61,945 nt of DNA from the NCBI GenBank assembly GCA_015680685.1, contig MNCI01003447.1, positions 1 to 61,945 of the forward strand. Direction: 5' to 3'. How positions within the stretch are numbered: position 1 is the first letter of the stretch; every line of letters starts with the position of its first letter. The position numbers and the translations under genes are program-made. Positions 42,701-54,253 of this stretch are shown piece after piece. Source of the stretch: Gnetum montanum (lineage: Eukaryota > Plantae > Gnetophyta). Under the pieces are notes generated by a model. It was given only the letters and a program-made list of their open reading frames with translations, did no database searches and was not told the origin of the DNA.

Positions 42701-43494
42701 CACAAACACATCATGAGACTATGGTTCGCATGCTAACGTCCATACCTATGGATGAAAGCCTGCCAGTAGACAAAGAAGCAATCCACTCTATCATGCTTCC
42801 ACCTGTTGCTAAAAAACCAGATCCCACCCCGTTGACCTTTCATGATGAATCCATTAAGGACAATCCTGAGGGTCAAGTGACAACAGCATCCATGTTCATC
42901 ACCATCTAGGTTGGCCAACACCAAATCCAGAGAGTACATGTAGATGACGGGGTGGCCACTAATGTCATCCCTTATCCCATAGTGGATAAATTAGGCTTGA
43001 TCGATCAGATCAGTCCTACAATGACGTCATGCCTAAAGTCGTTCAACGGGACATAGGTGCAAGTCAAAGGGACTGTCCATATCAACTTTGTGGTAGGGGA
43101 CCAGTTCCCCATAGATGCTACATTTATCATGGTTGAGGAAATGCCTGGATTCAATTTGATTCTTGGGAGGTCTTGGTTAGCCCAACTAAGAGCAGTTTCG
43201 TCACCCATTCATCAGGAAATCCATTTGCCTTATGTAGGAGGAGAAGTGGTTATCCGCGGGGATGAAATAACCCCATAGGCTATTAATAACATAGAGACAG
43301 AACAAGGATCGGAGATTGAAATGCCTGAGAATCCATCCCCTGTCCAAGTACCCGAGCAAGTTGAAACAGTGGCTGATGACGGCTTGACTTGGGCTGAACT
43401 ACCGTTCCCGGAGGAAGATTGCAATGCGAAGGGGGAGGGTCATAAATCTCCCCATCCTTATGCGTTGTTGAAAATCAAAGCAATTAAGAAATAG
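39757..43494 (+). pseudogene. gag: Decayed gag-protease of element C
   Basis: Pro-rich N-terminus; FTKYNGEGDPNAHL..ALDWY..ISTLEELLTQFVTRF; Tat-type zinc knuckle CDYHQLCSHDTDYC; protease RVHVDDGVATNVI..FNLILGRSWL. Confidence 0.9.
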
Positions 43495-43671
43495 TTACAG
43501 AGTTAGCAATGTTGCCTAATTTATACGGTCTCATCATCCATTCTATTTATGCTTATTGTTTATACTGCTTATGTTTACGCATGTGCTTACGCTTTCCACT
43601 AGCTAATCTCGTTACGCTCATGTTTATCTTTGTGTTTGGCTTTACGTTTCTATTTTCTTTACTCCTATGAA

Positions 43672-44202
43672 AAGGCCCAAAATGGCCTTAAACTAGCAAC
43701 CTTATCTACACTTCTCACCCAAATTATGCAAAGGCCCGAAATGGCCCTAAACTAGCGACTTCATTTACGCATGGCACCTGAATCAGCTACGGCCCAAAAT
43801 GGCCTTAAACTAGAAATTTCATTTACTCTTTGTATCTAAATCCAATTTCATTCATGATTTATACTAGAATCCAATTTACGCTTACTCTCTTCATACCTTA
43901 AACTATCCAAGGCCCGAAACAACCTTAAACTATCTAGGGCCCAAAACGGCCTTAAACTATACAAGGCCTGAAATGGCCTTAACCTATCCAGGGCCCGAAA
44001 TGGCCTTAAACTAGCAATTTCTTTTACACTCGGTACTCAAATTTCCTTTACTCTCTGTACCAGAAATTTTCCTTAAACTACTAAAAAAGAGCCTAAAACA
44101 GCCTTAAACTATACAAGGCTAGAAATGGCCTTAAACTAGCAATGTCACTTATGCTTTACATTTAGACAATTTAATAGCCCGCAATGGCTTCAAACTAGTA
44201 AT
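43672..44202 (+). repeat. Repeat array in the PR-RT spacer (GGCCCRAAATGGCCTTAAACTA, about 10 copies)
   Basis: Units spaced about 58 bp at first, then about 27 bp. Confidence 0.85.
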
Positions 44203-44394
44203 CACATTGACGCTACGTTTTTAAAACTAATCACAATTTATCATAACATTAAAACCTATGGAACGCTTTACATAAAGAGAAAACAACAAAAAGAACATTA
44301 ACGTTAACACCGAAATCTATTTCAATATGTTAAAAGAAAGAAATATAGTCTCTTGTCTCATTACACCACAATAAAGCACCAAGTTAATTTATTA

Positions 44395-47300
44395 CACATC
44401 CCCCTTACCATCACTATCTCCTATATCCCCTAGTTCAACCTCTACTCTGAGGAGGTCATCCTCATAGAGGCCACCCTTTGCATGAGGAACCCCTTCATAA
44501 GGACGATCCTCTTCGTGGGACCCTTCAATATGCTCTATTTCCTGTAAACCCTCTTCATGAGGATCACCACCTTCGTTAGCTTCATCCTATCGAGGAATTT
44601 CCTGAAGTCATTCCTACGATCAGACATGGTATATAGATTAACATCTTCATCAAAACTAGGTATAACGAAAACGTGATAATACTGCAACTTAACTGTGATG
44701 GTCCCGCCTCAGCAGCAAAGGGGACTTACTCTAAGCCGATCCATAGATGACACATGATTTTGTCCTCGGTAAGCTCAGACCAAACCCTATCCCCTAGATT
44801 GGTTCCAGCCTTGACCTTCCCCTTCTCCACGGGAGTCCATCAGGGTGGTTCAAGGAAGAAAGAAGGGATAGTAGTCTCACCTCCAGGAAGAGTCACTTCC
44901 CTTTCTAGAGAGGCACTCACTGTCACTTGCTCATGGAACTTTTCAAATGCCTAGAAAGCACCAATAACGTTGAGAAATAGTCAAAGGGATTGAGCCTCAA
45001 CAGTAGAGTCCCTATAATGTTGATGATAGGCTACACTTTCTCGTTTGTAGACTTGTTTATGATCTTTTTGCGTCTGCCCCCACTCTTGAATACTCGTGCT
45101 AAAGTCCTTCCAGTCCTGGTTCTTCTGAGCAAGGAGGTCCATTTGCATATGCTGTTCAACCAGTTCACGACTAGTTTGGACACTATTCCTAACGAAAGCC
45201 CAAAAACGAGCATAGTCAACGATAGCTGTCCTCCAGTCCTCACTTCCCATCCCTTGAGCTTGTAGAAATTCATTCCGTGATCTTAGATCCCCGACCTCAT
45301 CGCGTAGAGCCACTCTCTCCTTCTCCAACCTCTGCAATCTCTTCCAGAGATCCTCGTTTACACCTTGACATTCCCATAAGGAGCGAGTTGAGCGTAAAGC
45401 ACATTTATGCATCTCATCGTAAATGTTGTACAGCAGGACGGTCACTTTTGATGAGGGCTTGGCGGTGTCTAAATCGATAGGCTCTGACGGGTCCCATTTG
45501 AGGCAAGATCCTAATAACATGAAAATAACGGTTAGGCATAATTAAGTAGCATAATGACACAGTAAAAAAACCTCTGCATAATGATTGCAGCATACCAGCT
45601 TTAGGATCGATTCGCTCTAAGAGACCGATCATATCTTGAATGACCCCTTCCGTAAAGGTGAATCTATCAAGAAATTCACCCCAGGATTGAGTCACCACCG
45701 CTGTTAAGGGCACGCTCTGTTCACCTGTTATGTAGGATAAAAGGTATGATTGAGACATTGTGACAACTAGTACAAAATAAAAATTAATTTTATCAGGCGA
45801 CAAACCACTTGCCTCGGTTAATTCCAGCCGAAAGGACTTCGGCATCTTCCATAGCTATTTCCTCTTCATGCGCAAGAGGCTGTGCACTCCTTGCTTTATT
45901 AACTGGGACCTCTTCTTTCGAGACAGAGGCCCCTTCTCCACACTGTAAGATCATAGCCCCTGTATCAGGGGTCAACCGGTCTGCAACCTTTTCCCTCGCG
46001 GTTATACAACATGACTAGTTAACATAAGATTTCACTTTTATTCAAAAAATGTTACACTACAGTCTCTACGCAAATCATAACCACTAACACATTTGGACAC
46101 ATACCGCCTGGAAGAATACTCTGCTGGAACCTGATTTTCATCTTTTTCTTAATACCACCCACTGGCTCGGTAGATCCCTCATTTAAACGAGGCTTTTTTT
46201 GTGGCACTGACGAATCCACTATCTTAGCAGCCAAGTGCTTCCCCCTCAACACATCAATAGTGTAAGAGGGGGACACTCCACCCACACTGTCTTGGCCTCA
46301 TGTTCGAGGTGCCGCCATACTCCTAGTCGTTACCGACAACGACTCCCCGATCCCCTTAGGAGGGTCTTGTGACCAGATAGTGCTGAAAATATGGGAGATC
46401 CATGGTTTAGAGATCTAGCTGCAATCTTATTGCACCCAGACCCCATTCCTCTAGACCACCAGAAATTCGACAAAATGCTGGAAGCAAGCTATGAAGAAAG
46501 CAAAATGCATGCTGAAATGAGTTTCAAGCTTCTGGAGAAGCCTGACCATCTCAACACACAAGCCTTTGGCAAAGTAGCTTACCCAATTGAATCGTGTCCC
46601 CTCCTCTAAGACCTCTCGCATAATTCAAGCCTGCTCAATGGTGAGGAATCTCCCTTGCGAGAGTGTCTTGGGGAAGGCTTGGGCCCAAAAAAAGGGGTAA
46701 ATGGTATGGGCCACCTCTAACTCAATCCTATCGCCAGGGATCCCCTTAGTTTCTTTCTAAACTCCCAGCCACCCCTCTATCTCTTTTTGGAATTTGGAGC
46801 TCCTCTTCAACTTCTCATATATGGGAAAATCATTGGAGGGGACCCCAAAGAGATCAGAAAACAGTTGAGCGTCAATGTCAAAATTTACGCACACATTACG
46901 TACGTGTACACAGAGATGCTCGGCTTCCTCGCTAAAGGAGTTGACCAGGGTTAACATTTCACCTATAGTGGCATCAGGAATTATGGCCAAGAAAAGGTCC
47001 ATCAGTCCAGCTTCCCGAATGTTATTGGTTACTACAATTGGGGACGCTCTATGGCCGAGCCAACGTTCTGCCTCATTTATGTCGCCATAAAAAAAGAAGA
47101 GACTGCTGGCCTCGTGACCCGAAGCCATGATCATAATCTCTCATGATTCCCTGAATATTAACACGAAATCTCAGTTAAACCTAGATGATTTCACATCATC
47201 ATCACACAACATTGACACAATTCATTATTATAACAAAGCTTACCAGGCCTGAAAGGTAAAGGAAATAGAGGGACTTTCCTTTGAACATCTGCCATGGTAA

Positions 47301-48581
47301 GGGGGGGAGGGGTCTAAAATCCACTTCCTATCCAGCCATCCGAGCTTCTTGCACCTAGAAAAGAAGTTGGCATAACGGGTAGGGTATTCTGGGATCTCAA
47401 ATGCTAGATGTCCCATGATGGCAGCCCACACGTTGCTGATAGAGGTAAACTCCCTTATAGCACTCTCGGCCAACGACAATGTATCATTATTTTCCATAAG
47501 ACCGCTTTCATTGATAAAAAACCTATGCTAGAAAGATAAACAACTCTTTACGCTCAAACAGTAGTTAGCATTACAATACTATGAAGTGAAACGAAAACTT
47601 ACCTACCTGCGTAATGCACGGTACCACGTGGATTCTGGAAATAAGTTGTGGGATGATGGACCATGAATAGAGTGTTATAGGTGTGATAACAATTAAACCT
47701 GGGCATTTCCTAGATCCAGTTTAAATGCCTTAAACCTTTGACATTCTATTCATAGTCTTGCACCTGCACAATTTCAATCTTGTCGTCTGAAAGAAACGCT
47801 AGGATGCTCTGCATCGAACCGACCAATAACATCTCTAAAATAGCTACAGCCTCATCACCTGGTAGATGTGACCAGACGATTATGCTATAGTTGCGAAGTA
47901 GAAATTGCACAAACTCTCGTGCACCTCTTCAGAACCACACCGCCTCCTTTAGACGAGCATGAGGAGGAGGAACATTGGCTGTGGGGCCATGAATGCAGCA
48001 CAGAACCCCCATGATGTCCAAAACGATTAGGACGGGCTTTAGCATAATACTGTAGAATACAAATGTGCTACTGTTAGACAAAATCTAGACATGAATATTT
48101 GTTACGCCACACTAGGGCTTGAACTATTCCTAGAAAATTACAACGTATACTGGAGGCGCATAGCCAAAATCATCTAAATCCTTGTAACAGCTCAAGGTCA
48201 GTCTCTGAGGACGGCGATGAAGGCAAATACTGCGTATTACTCCAATGCAATACATAATTATTACAAAACTCTGATTACATTACATCTATACACTATACAT
48301 TATCTCTGTGCAACATTATTCCTTATCACCTAAACCATCATAACAATATTTTAGTTCATACAAATAGACATTAACACCTGACCAACATAAGAACTCAAAA
48401 TATAGAAACCACAACACTGCAACAAACATGACAATAGCATAAAAGGGTGAACAACAACTTACCGGTTAAGTGGAGTAACTTCCAGAGCTTCTACTATGGC
48501 CTGTGAAATCCACTACAAACTCTCCTGCATCTCGTCAATCCTGGCCAACTTAGTGTTCTTTCCTTTAACCTTGGGTGCCAT
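44395..48581 (-). pseudogene. Antisense multi-exon cargo gene: FCP1/SCP (NIF) HAD phosphatase-like domain, PMD/Transposase_32-like domain, coiled coil and probable acidic tail
   Basis: Exons 48581-48463, 48049-47603, 47522-47244, 47150-46105, about 46014 or 45980 to 45813, 45724-45596, 45510-44730, and about 44613-44395. Junctions 1-3, 5 and 6 are phase-compatible; junction 4 and the frame of the last exon are unresolved. Internal stops are TGA/TAG/TAA of the deamination type, without frameshifts. Confidence 0.8.
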
Positions 48582-48711
48582 TGTTGCAAAAGTCGCAATT
48601 GAACAGAGTCCTCGTGAAATCCTTTGCTCACGCCTTACTCACGCTCTCTTCTCACTATAGCCAGGTTTGAATTCGTGATATCGGTAACCTGTTTTGAGTA
48701 TGAACCACTGG

Positions 48712-48719
48712 TTTATAAA
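48712..48719 (-). promoter_or_regulatory. Candidate TATA box of the antisense cargo gene (copy C)
   Basis: TTTATAAA about 130 nt upstream of the ATG at 48581; conserved with copy A. Confidence 0.45.
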
Positions 48720-49166
48720 TGAAATGCTCAAAACCAACTGATTCTTTCCACCCGATCGACGAGGAACTTTCCCAAAATGAGGGTGTCAGTATGACATAAA
48801 ATGTGAAGATATGGGCATTAATGCCACAAATATCATGTAAGTTGTGGTTCAAAATGACCCTAAACTAATGCAATGCTCATCACCTCGTAATTTAGCCGCA
48901 TTAACTACAGTTTGTGCGAAATACAAATCCAACCATTTTGACACGCTAGACGCACCACGTTGCACCTCTCATCTCATTTCATATGCTAGCATCTGGGAAG
49001 CTTAGCTCAGCATTTCTTTTTACAAACTATTTGTAACGGTCCACTAAGACCTTAAACTGGAAACTTATCTAGCATGCAATTCTGACACAAAAACAAAAAA
49101 AAATTTATCATTTAACAGATTGGCGAAAGAACTATGGAACAACTTCTATTTTTGGCGATTTTGCAG

Positions 49167-52100
49167 GATTACTAGCAAATGGACACAGCTTTATCCACAC
49201 CCTTAGCCTTAACAGGGCCACATGGGAAGGTCATTAGACAGTACGATCACATGCTAGTAGGAACAAATCCTTCCATTTATGACGCAACCATAGGAACATT
49301 GGGAACATCCCCAGACTGGCCAGAACATCTAACCTGAACACTTGACCTGGAGGCTAGTGATGTAACCAAGGACCCTCTCAGTGAGATCCTTGTGGTTACG
49401 CACAAGGGTGAAAATAAAAATCTTAGGGTTAGTTCTCTCCTAGATCAACAGATGCAGAGTGACATAACCCAAGTGCTCCAAAACAACACTGTTGTGTTCG
49501 CGTGGTCATATGAAGAAATGTCAGGTTTAAACCCAAGATTAATACAACACAATATAATCTTAGACCCACACATCAAACCAATTAGACAGAAGGCACAAAA
49601 GATTAAGCCGAAAATTGCGCTAGCAGTGCGTAATGAAATCACCAAGTTGTATCAGGCTGGTTTCATTGGCATGGTTGATTACTCAAATTGGGTGTCCAAC
49701 ATCGTGGTTGTCTCTAAGAAAATGGGAGGCATACGCATTTGCATAGACTTTTGGGATCTGAACAAAGCTACAATTAAGGACAACTTCCCGTTACCGAGTA
49801 TCGACCAACTGATCGACACAATAGCTAGCCATGCGCTCCTGTCCTTTATGGATGGTTTTTCAGGTTATAATCAAATTCATATTAACCCAGAGCACCAATT
49901 GACCACAACATTCATGACACCCTGTGGGACCTTCTACTACATCATGATGCCTTTCGGGTTAAAAAATGTTGAAGCAACATATCAACGGGCCATGACATAC
50001 ATCTTTAGCAATTATCTCTTAGGGAGATTGAACGACTATGTAGATGACATAGCTGTCAAGTCTATAAAGTTATAAGATCATTTAGAAGACCTAGAGTTAG
50101 TCCTTAAATGATGTCTCAAACATGAATTATGGCTCAACCTAAAGAAATGCATGTTCGGAGTCAAAACCGGATGCATGTTGGGGTTTGTGGTATCAGAGAC
50201 TAGCATCCGAGTCAACCTTGACAAGGTTAAAGCCATCGTCGATTTAATGCCACCAAAAAATCTCAAAGAATTACGTGGGTTACAAGGTAGGCTTCAGTTC
50301 ATCAGGCGGTTCATTTCAAAGTTAACAGATAAATTGCACCCCATGCAACATCTTCTGAAGAAGGGTGTCAATTTTGAATGGACCGATGACTACCAACGTG
50401 CGTTTGATAATTTGAAAGAAGATCTGCAACATTTACCGACAGTTTTCCCACCACAAAGGGATCAGCCTTTCTACATTTATCTAGCTAACTCGGACGTATC
50501 CATAGCTGCGTTACTGTGCCAAAAAAGGAACGATGGGTTAGAAGCACCTATCTATTACCTTAGTCATGCTCTATTTGCGTATGAAACAAGATACAATGAA
50601 GTGGAGCGTAACTATTTGGCATTAGTTTTTGCACTAAAAAAATGTAGGCATTATCTTTTCCACATTCAGGACAACATAATTTGTAAAAGTAACGTTTTGC
50701 GGGCTATCTCCAACAATTTGTATGAAAGTAGTAGGATAGCTTGTTGGAAATCTATCACAGCTGAGTTTGATTTACATTATGTTGGTCAATCATTCACCAA
50801 AGGCCAAGTCATAACTGACCAATTAGCAACATCACCGATTAACAACCAAGCTATAATAGAGCCAGAATTCCTGGATGAACATGTACATAGTTTAAGCCCT
50901 GTGTCAACAGGCATTGAAGCAATGTTATACTTCGATGGAGCTTCAACCACTAGGGGTGGCAGTGCCACCACCGTTGTTACACTTACCCCTGAGGATGTGC
51001 ATCCATTGGCTTACTGCCTGACATTCCCTTGTACAAACAATGTGGCAGAGTATGAGGGACTCCTCAGAGGGTTGTTGACAGCTAAAGAACTTAACGTTCA
51101 ACACCTGGCAATCCGAGGCGATTCGATGGTGGTCATCAATCAAATCACAAAAGTCTACGCCTGTAAAGGTGTGCATCTGCAGCCCTATTGCGATATGGCT
51201 AAAGATCTCCTAAAGCAATTTGTGATGATTGATGCCCAACACGTGCCACGCAACGAAAACGTTGTTGCCGATGCACTGGCAACGCTGGCACTAAATGTGC
51301 CACCACACTTTTTTGCCACTTGACTCGCCTTAATGATAGAATGTATAGAGCCTATCATTCAAGTAGTGTAGATTTCTTCATTAGACATGGGAGGAATGCC
51401 AGAATGGTATGAAAACATTAAAACTTACCTCCTTCATGGAAAACCACCGCACGAGCTAACGCATGCACAAAAGGATGCGATGTGCAAGCATGCTAGGCAA
51501 TACGTCATCATTGGATACAATACTCTCTGTAGATGCTCCTTCGATGGGGTGTTACTCACCTGCGTCAATAATGATCAAGCACAGCGAATAGTTAGCGAGG
51601 TCCATGAAGGACTGTGTGGGGGACATGTAGCCCTGCGAGCCATGGCCGCTAAGATCAGATGCCTAGGGTACTATTGGCCGTACATGGAAAAAGACTGCCT
51701 TGCCAAGGTTAAGACGTGTGATACATGCTGGTGTTATGCAAATCTAATACACGTGTCACCAACTGAGTTACACACTACACAGATCTCTTGGTCATTCCAA
51801 CGATGGGGACAGGACATCATAGGCCCCATCGCACCCAAATATTCTGCAGGACATAGCTTCATTATCATTGCCACCAAATATTTCACGAAGTGGGTCAAGG
51901 CTATCCTCCTATGGAGGATTACATCTCAACAAGTTTGTCATTTCATCTTAGACAATATTGTAACCAGATTTGGACTCTCTATGACTATTTTGATTGACAA
52001 CANCGTGCTACTAAATTGTGGTCTGTTGTCAATCACAATAGTCATAGAGAGTCCAAATCTGGTTACAATATNTTGATTGACAACAGACCACAATTTAGTA

Positions 52101-52729
52101 GCACGAAAACCAAATATTTTTGCAATAATCTTGGTATCAAGCAATATTTTTCTTCATCTTATTACCCGCAAGCAAATGGTCAAGTAGAGGTAACAAACAA
52201 GGTGATTATCAATTTACTCAAGAAGATGCTCAACAGTAATAAGAAGTAGTGGCATGAAAAAATCCTTTATGTGCTATGGGCATATCATACGACGTGCAGA
52301 ACAGCCACAGATAGGATGCCCTACAGCCTGGTCTACGAATCTGAAGTAGTGTTGCCCTTGGAATTACAGGTCTCCTCATTACGGATGGTCCTATCCATGG
52401 TTATAAATGAGACTCAACACAATGAGTCTAGAATTATGGATTTAGACTCAGTGGAGGAGAAACGTATCCAGATGCTCGACACAATCAAAAAATATCAGGA
52501 TTAACAGAGATCGAAGCATTAGCACAACCTGCATCAATGACCAATAGAGAAAGGAGACCTAGTTCTCAAAGCCATTCGTGAACCAGTAGGTAAGTTCTTT
52601 ACAAACTGGGAAGGCCCTTTCCTGGTCATTGGTGCATATGGCAACGGAGCATTCAAGTTAGCAGACACTGACGGCAACGAACTAAAAAATCTAATGAATC
52701 ATTTGTACCTAAAGCGGTATTACATCTGA
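49167..52729 (+). pseudogene. pol: Decayed pol (RT, RNase H, archaeal-type RNase H, integrase) of element C
   Basis: WVSNIVVVSKK..IDFWDLNKA..FMDGFSGYNQI..MPFGLKN..YVDD; aRH MLYFDGAS..TNNVAEYEGL..GDS..ADALA; integrase VHEGLCGGH..YYPQANGQVEVTNK. In frame from the acceptor TTTTGCAG at 49166. Confidence 0.95.
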
Positions 52730-52759
52730 ACACTGACTTAGCTTAAAATCAGGTAACAA

Positions 52760-53080
52760 ACGTCCACTACGATGTAAAACTGGCAAAGTTGTACATGTCC
52801 GCTACGACGTAAAACTAGCAGCTTTTGCACGCATCTGCCAAGATGCTAAATTGGCAAGGTAAGCACACATATGCTAAGACAAAACCAGCATAGACTTGTC
52901 CCTGGGTCATGATGTAAAACTGACACCCACATCACGGTCTTCTAGGACTATAAACTAGCTCTTCCACCATCTGCTACGACATAAAACTAGCAGGTTCCAG
53001 TCCGCCTAGATGTTAAACCGAGACCACGGTCTTCTGAGACTTAAAGCTAGCAACAATGGTTAACCAGGACCCAAAACTGG
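52760..53080 (+). repeat. Tandem repeats downstream of pol (CTACGAYGTAAAACTRGCA)
   Basis: Multiple degenerate copies; homologous to 5480-5800. Confidence 0.75.
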
Positions 53081-54240
53081 ACTCCATCAGGTCATCCATG
53101 AAGCAAGCAAGCATGACCATTCTTGCACTGCATCCCTACCAGATGGAGCGGGTAAGGCGTTGGAACAAACGTAACGTTGTTACCCCATCGATATCGTGCT
53201 GATTCCTCGAATATGCCAAAAGGCATAGTACTAACCTCTCGGAGATATATCTATGATAGCCACTTCGTAGTTGCAGCTCCTAGGATTAGTTTCACCGCTT
53301 GGTGCCTTGAAAAAATCGTGGCCACCCACCATCTTAGTGGCCTCCATCCATCGCCATCATCAGATTTTGGCTTAGCAGATTCATCTGACTTGTTCTTTGC
53401 ACCGTCCTTCGAGCGAGATGAATCTAGTTACCGACGACAACTTCAGGAACCGCGGCATCAACATTGGCACCCTTGCCGCTTGCTGCTGTTCCAGTTTCAA
53501 AAGCCTCTCTCCTTAGCGATCTGGACGTTTACTTCTGGCTTTCTGTTCTATGTTGTGTTTTGCAGGTTACTTGCTACGAAGGCGTTGATCGAGAATACCT
53601 TCATTGGAAGGTGAGGTGTTATGGCATTCTGATGTGGCTGCTCAGACTAGTCTGGTCACTTGGAAGTGCAAACCCTGTCTCTCCCTCCATCACGTACCTT
53701 ACCATGTTTTTCCCCTTTTTCCCTATCCTTATAATTGTCCCTGTTTTCTTCTCCGCTTGTGCAGAACATGAGCATTAAGTTGATCAGTTTTCATTATTAT
53801 GTCTACAAGCTGGCGTAACACATCTTGCCTTGTGGCATGCAATCTACATTTTTCAAAAAAATGCAAGGGGTAATACTTGGCAAAATGGATGTAAAACAAC
53901 TTGTCCAGGCCATGCAAGTGTAACACAACTCATCCTTGCAAATCCCCCCTCCCCCTTCATATGTAGTATGCCGACGTAACCTTTCAAAAACACATTAGCA
54001 AAAGGCCGTAATGACTTGTTTGAAGAAGTTTCATGATTCATGTGTTTGAGTCTTCCCTGAACCTACCATCTCTAACCCCTATAAGATCCCTTCTATACCA
54101 TGTGGCCCTCCATCCTCGCACTTCTAAGTTTGACAAAACAACATTCGAGCGGTCTCCAACACACATTGTTGATGCTTTTTCCTTTCCAGTGTTTCGTATT
54201 CTTTGTCGACGTCTTTTGGGCAAGTCCTCTAAACATCAAC

Positions 54241-54250
54241 AAAGAGGGGC
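54241..54250 (+). other. Polypurine tract, element C
   Basis: AAAGAGGGGC lies 3 nt before the 3' LTR. Confidence 0.82.
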
Positions 54251-54253
54251 CAT

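Noticed and set aside
43672-44202. CRISPR-like repeat and spacer appearance
   Set aside because: Irregular spacing, spacers related to each other, no cas genes, and it lies inside a plant-type retrotransposon.
50926-51320. Archaeal-type RNase H as a novel or horizontally acquired domain
   Set aside because: This is a defining, well-known feature of Tat-clade elements.
52003-52072. Inverted segment within the integrase forming a long hairpin
   Set aside because: Bounded by single N characters and is the reverse complement of adjacent sequence, so most likely an assembly artefact.
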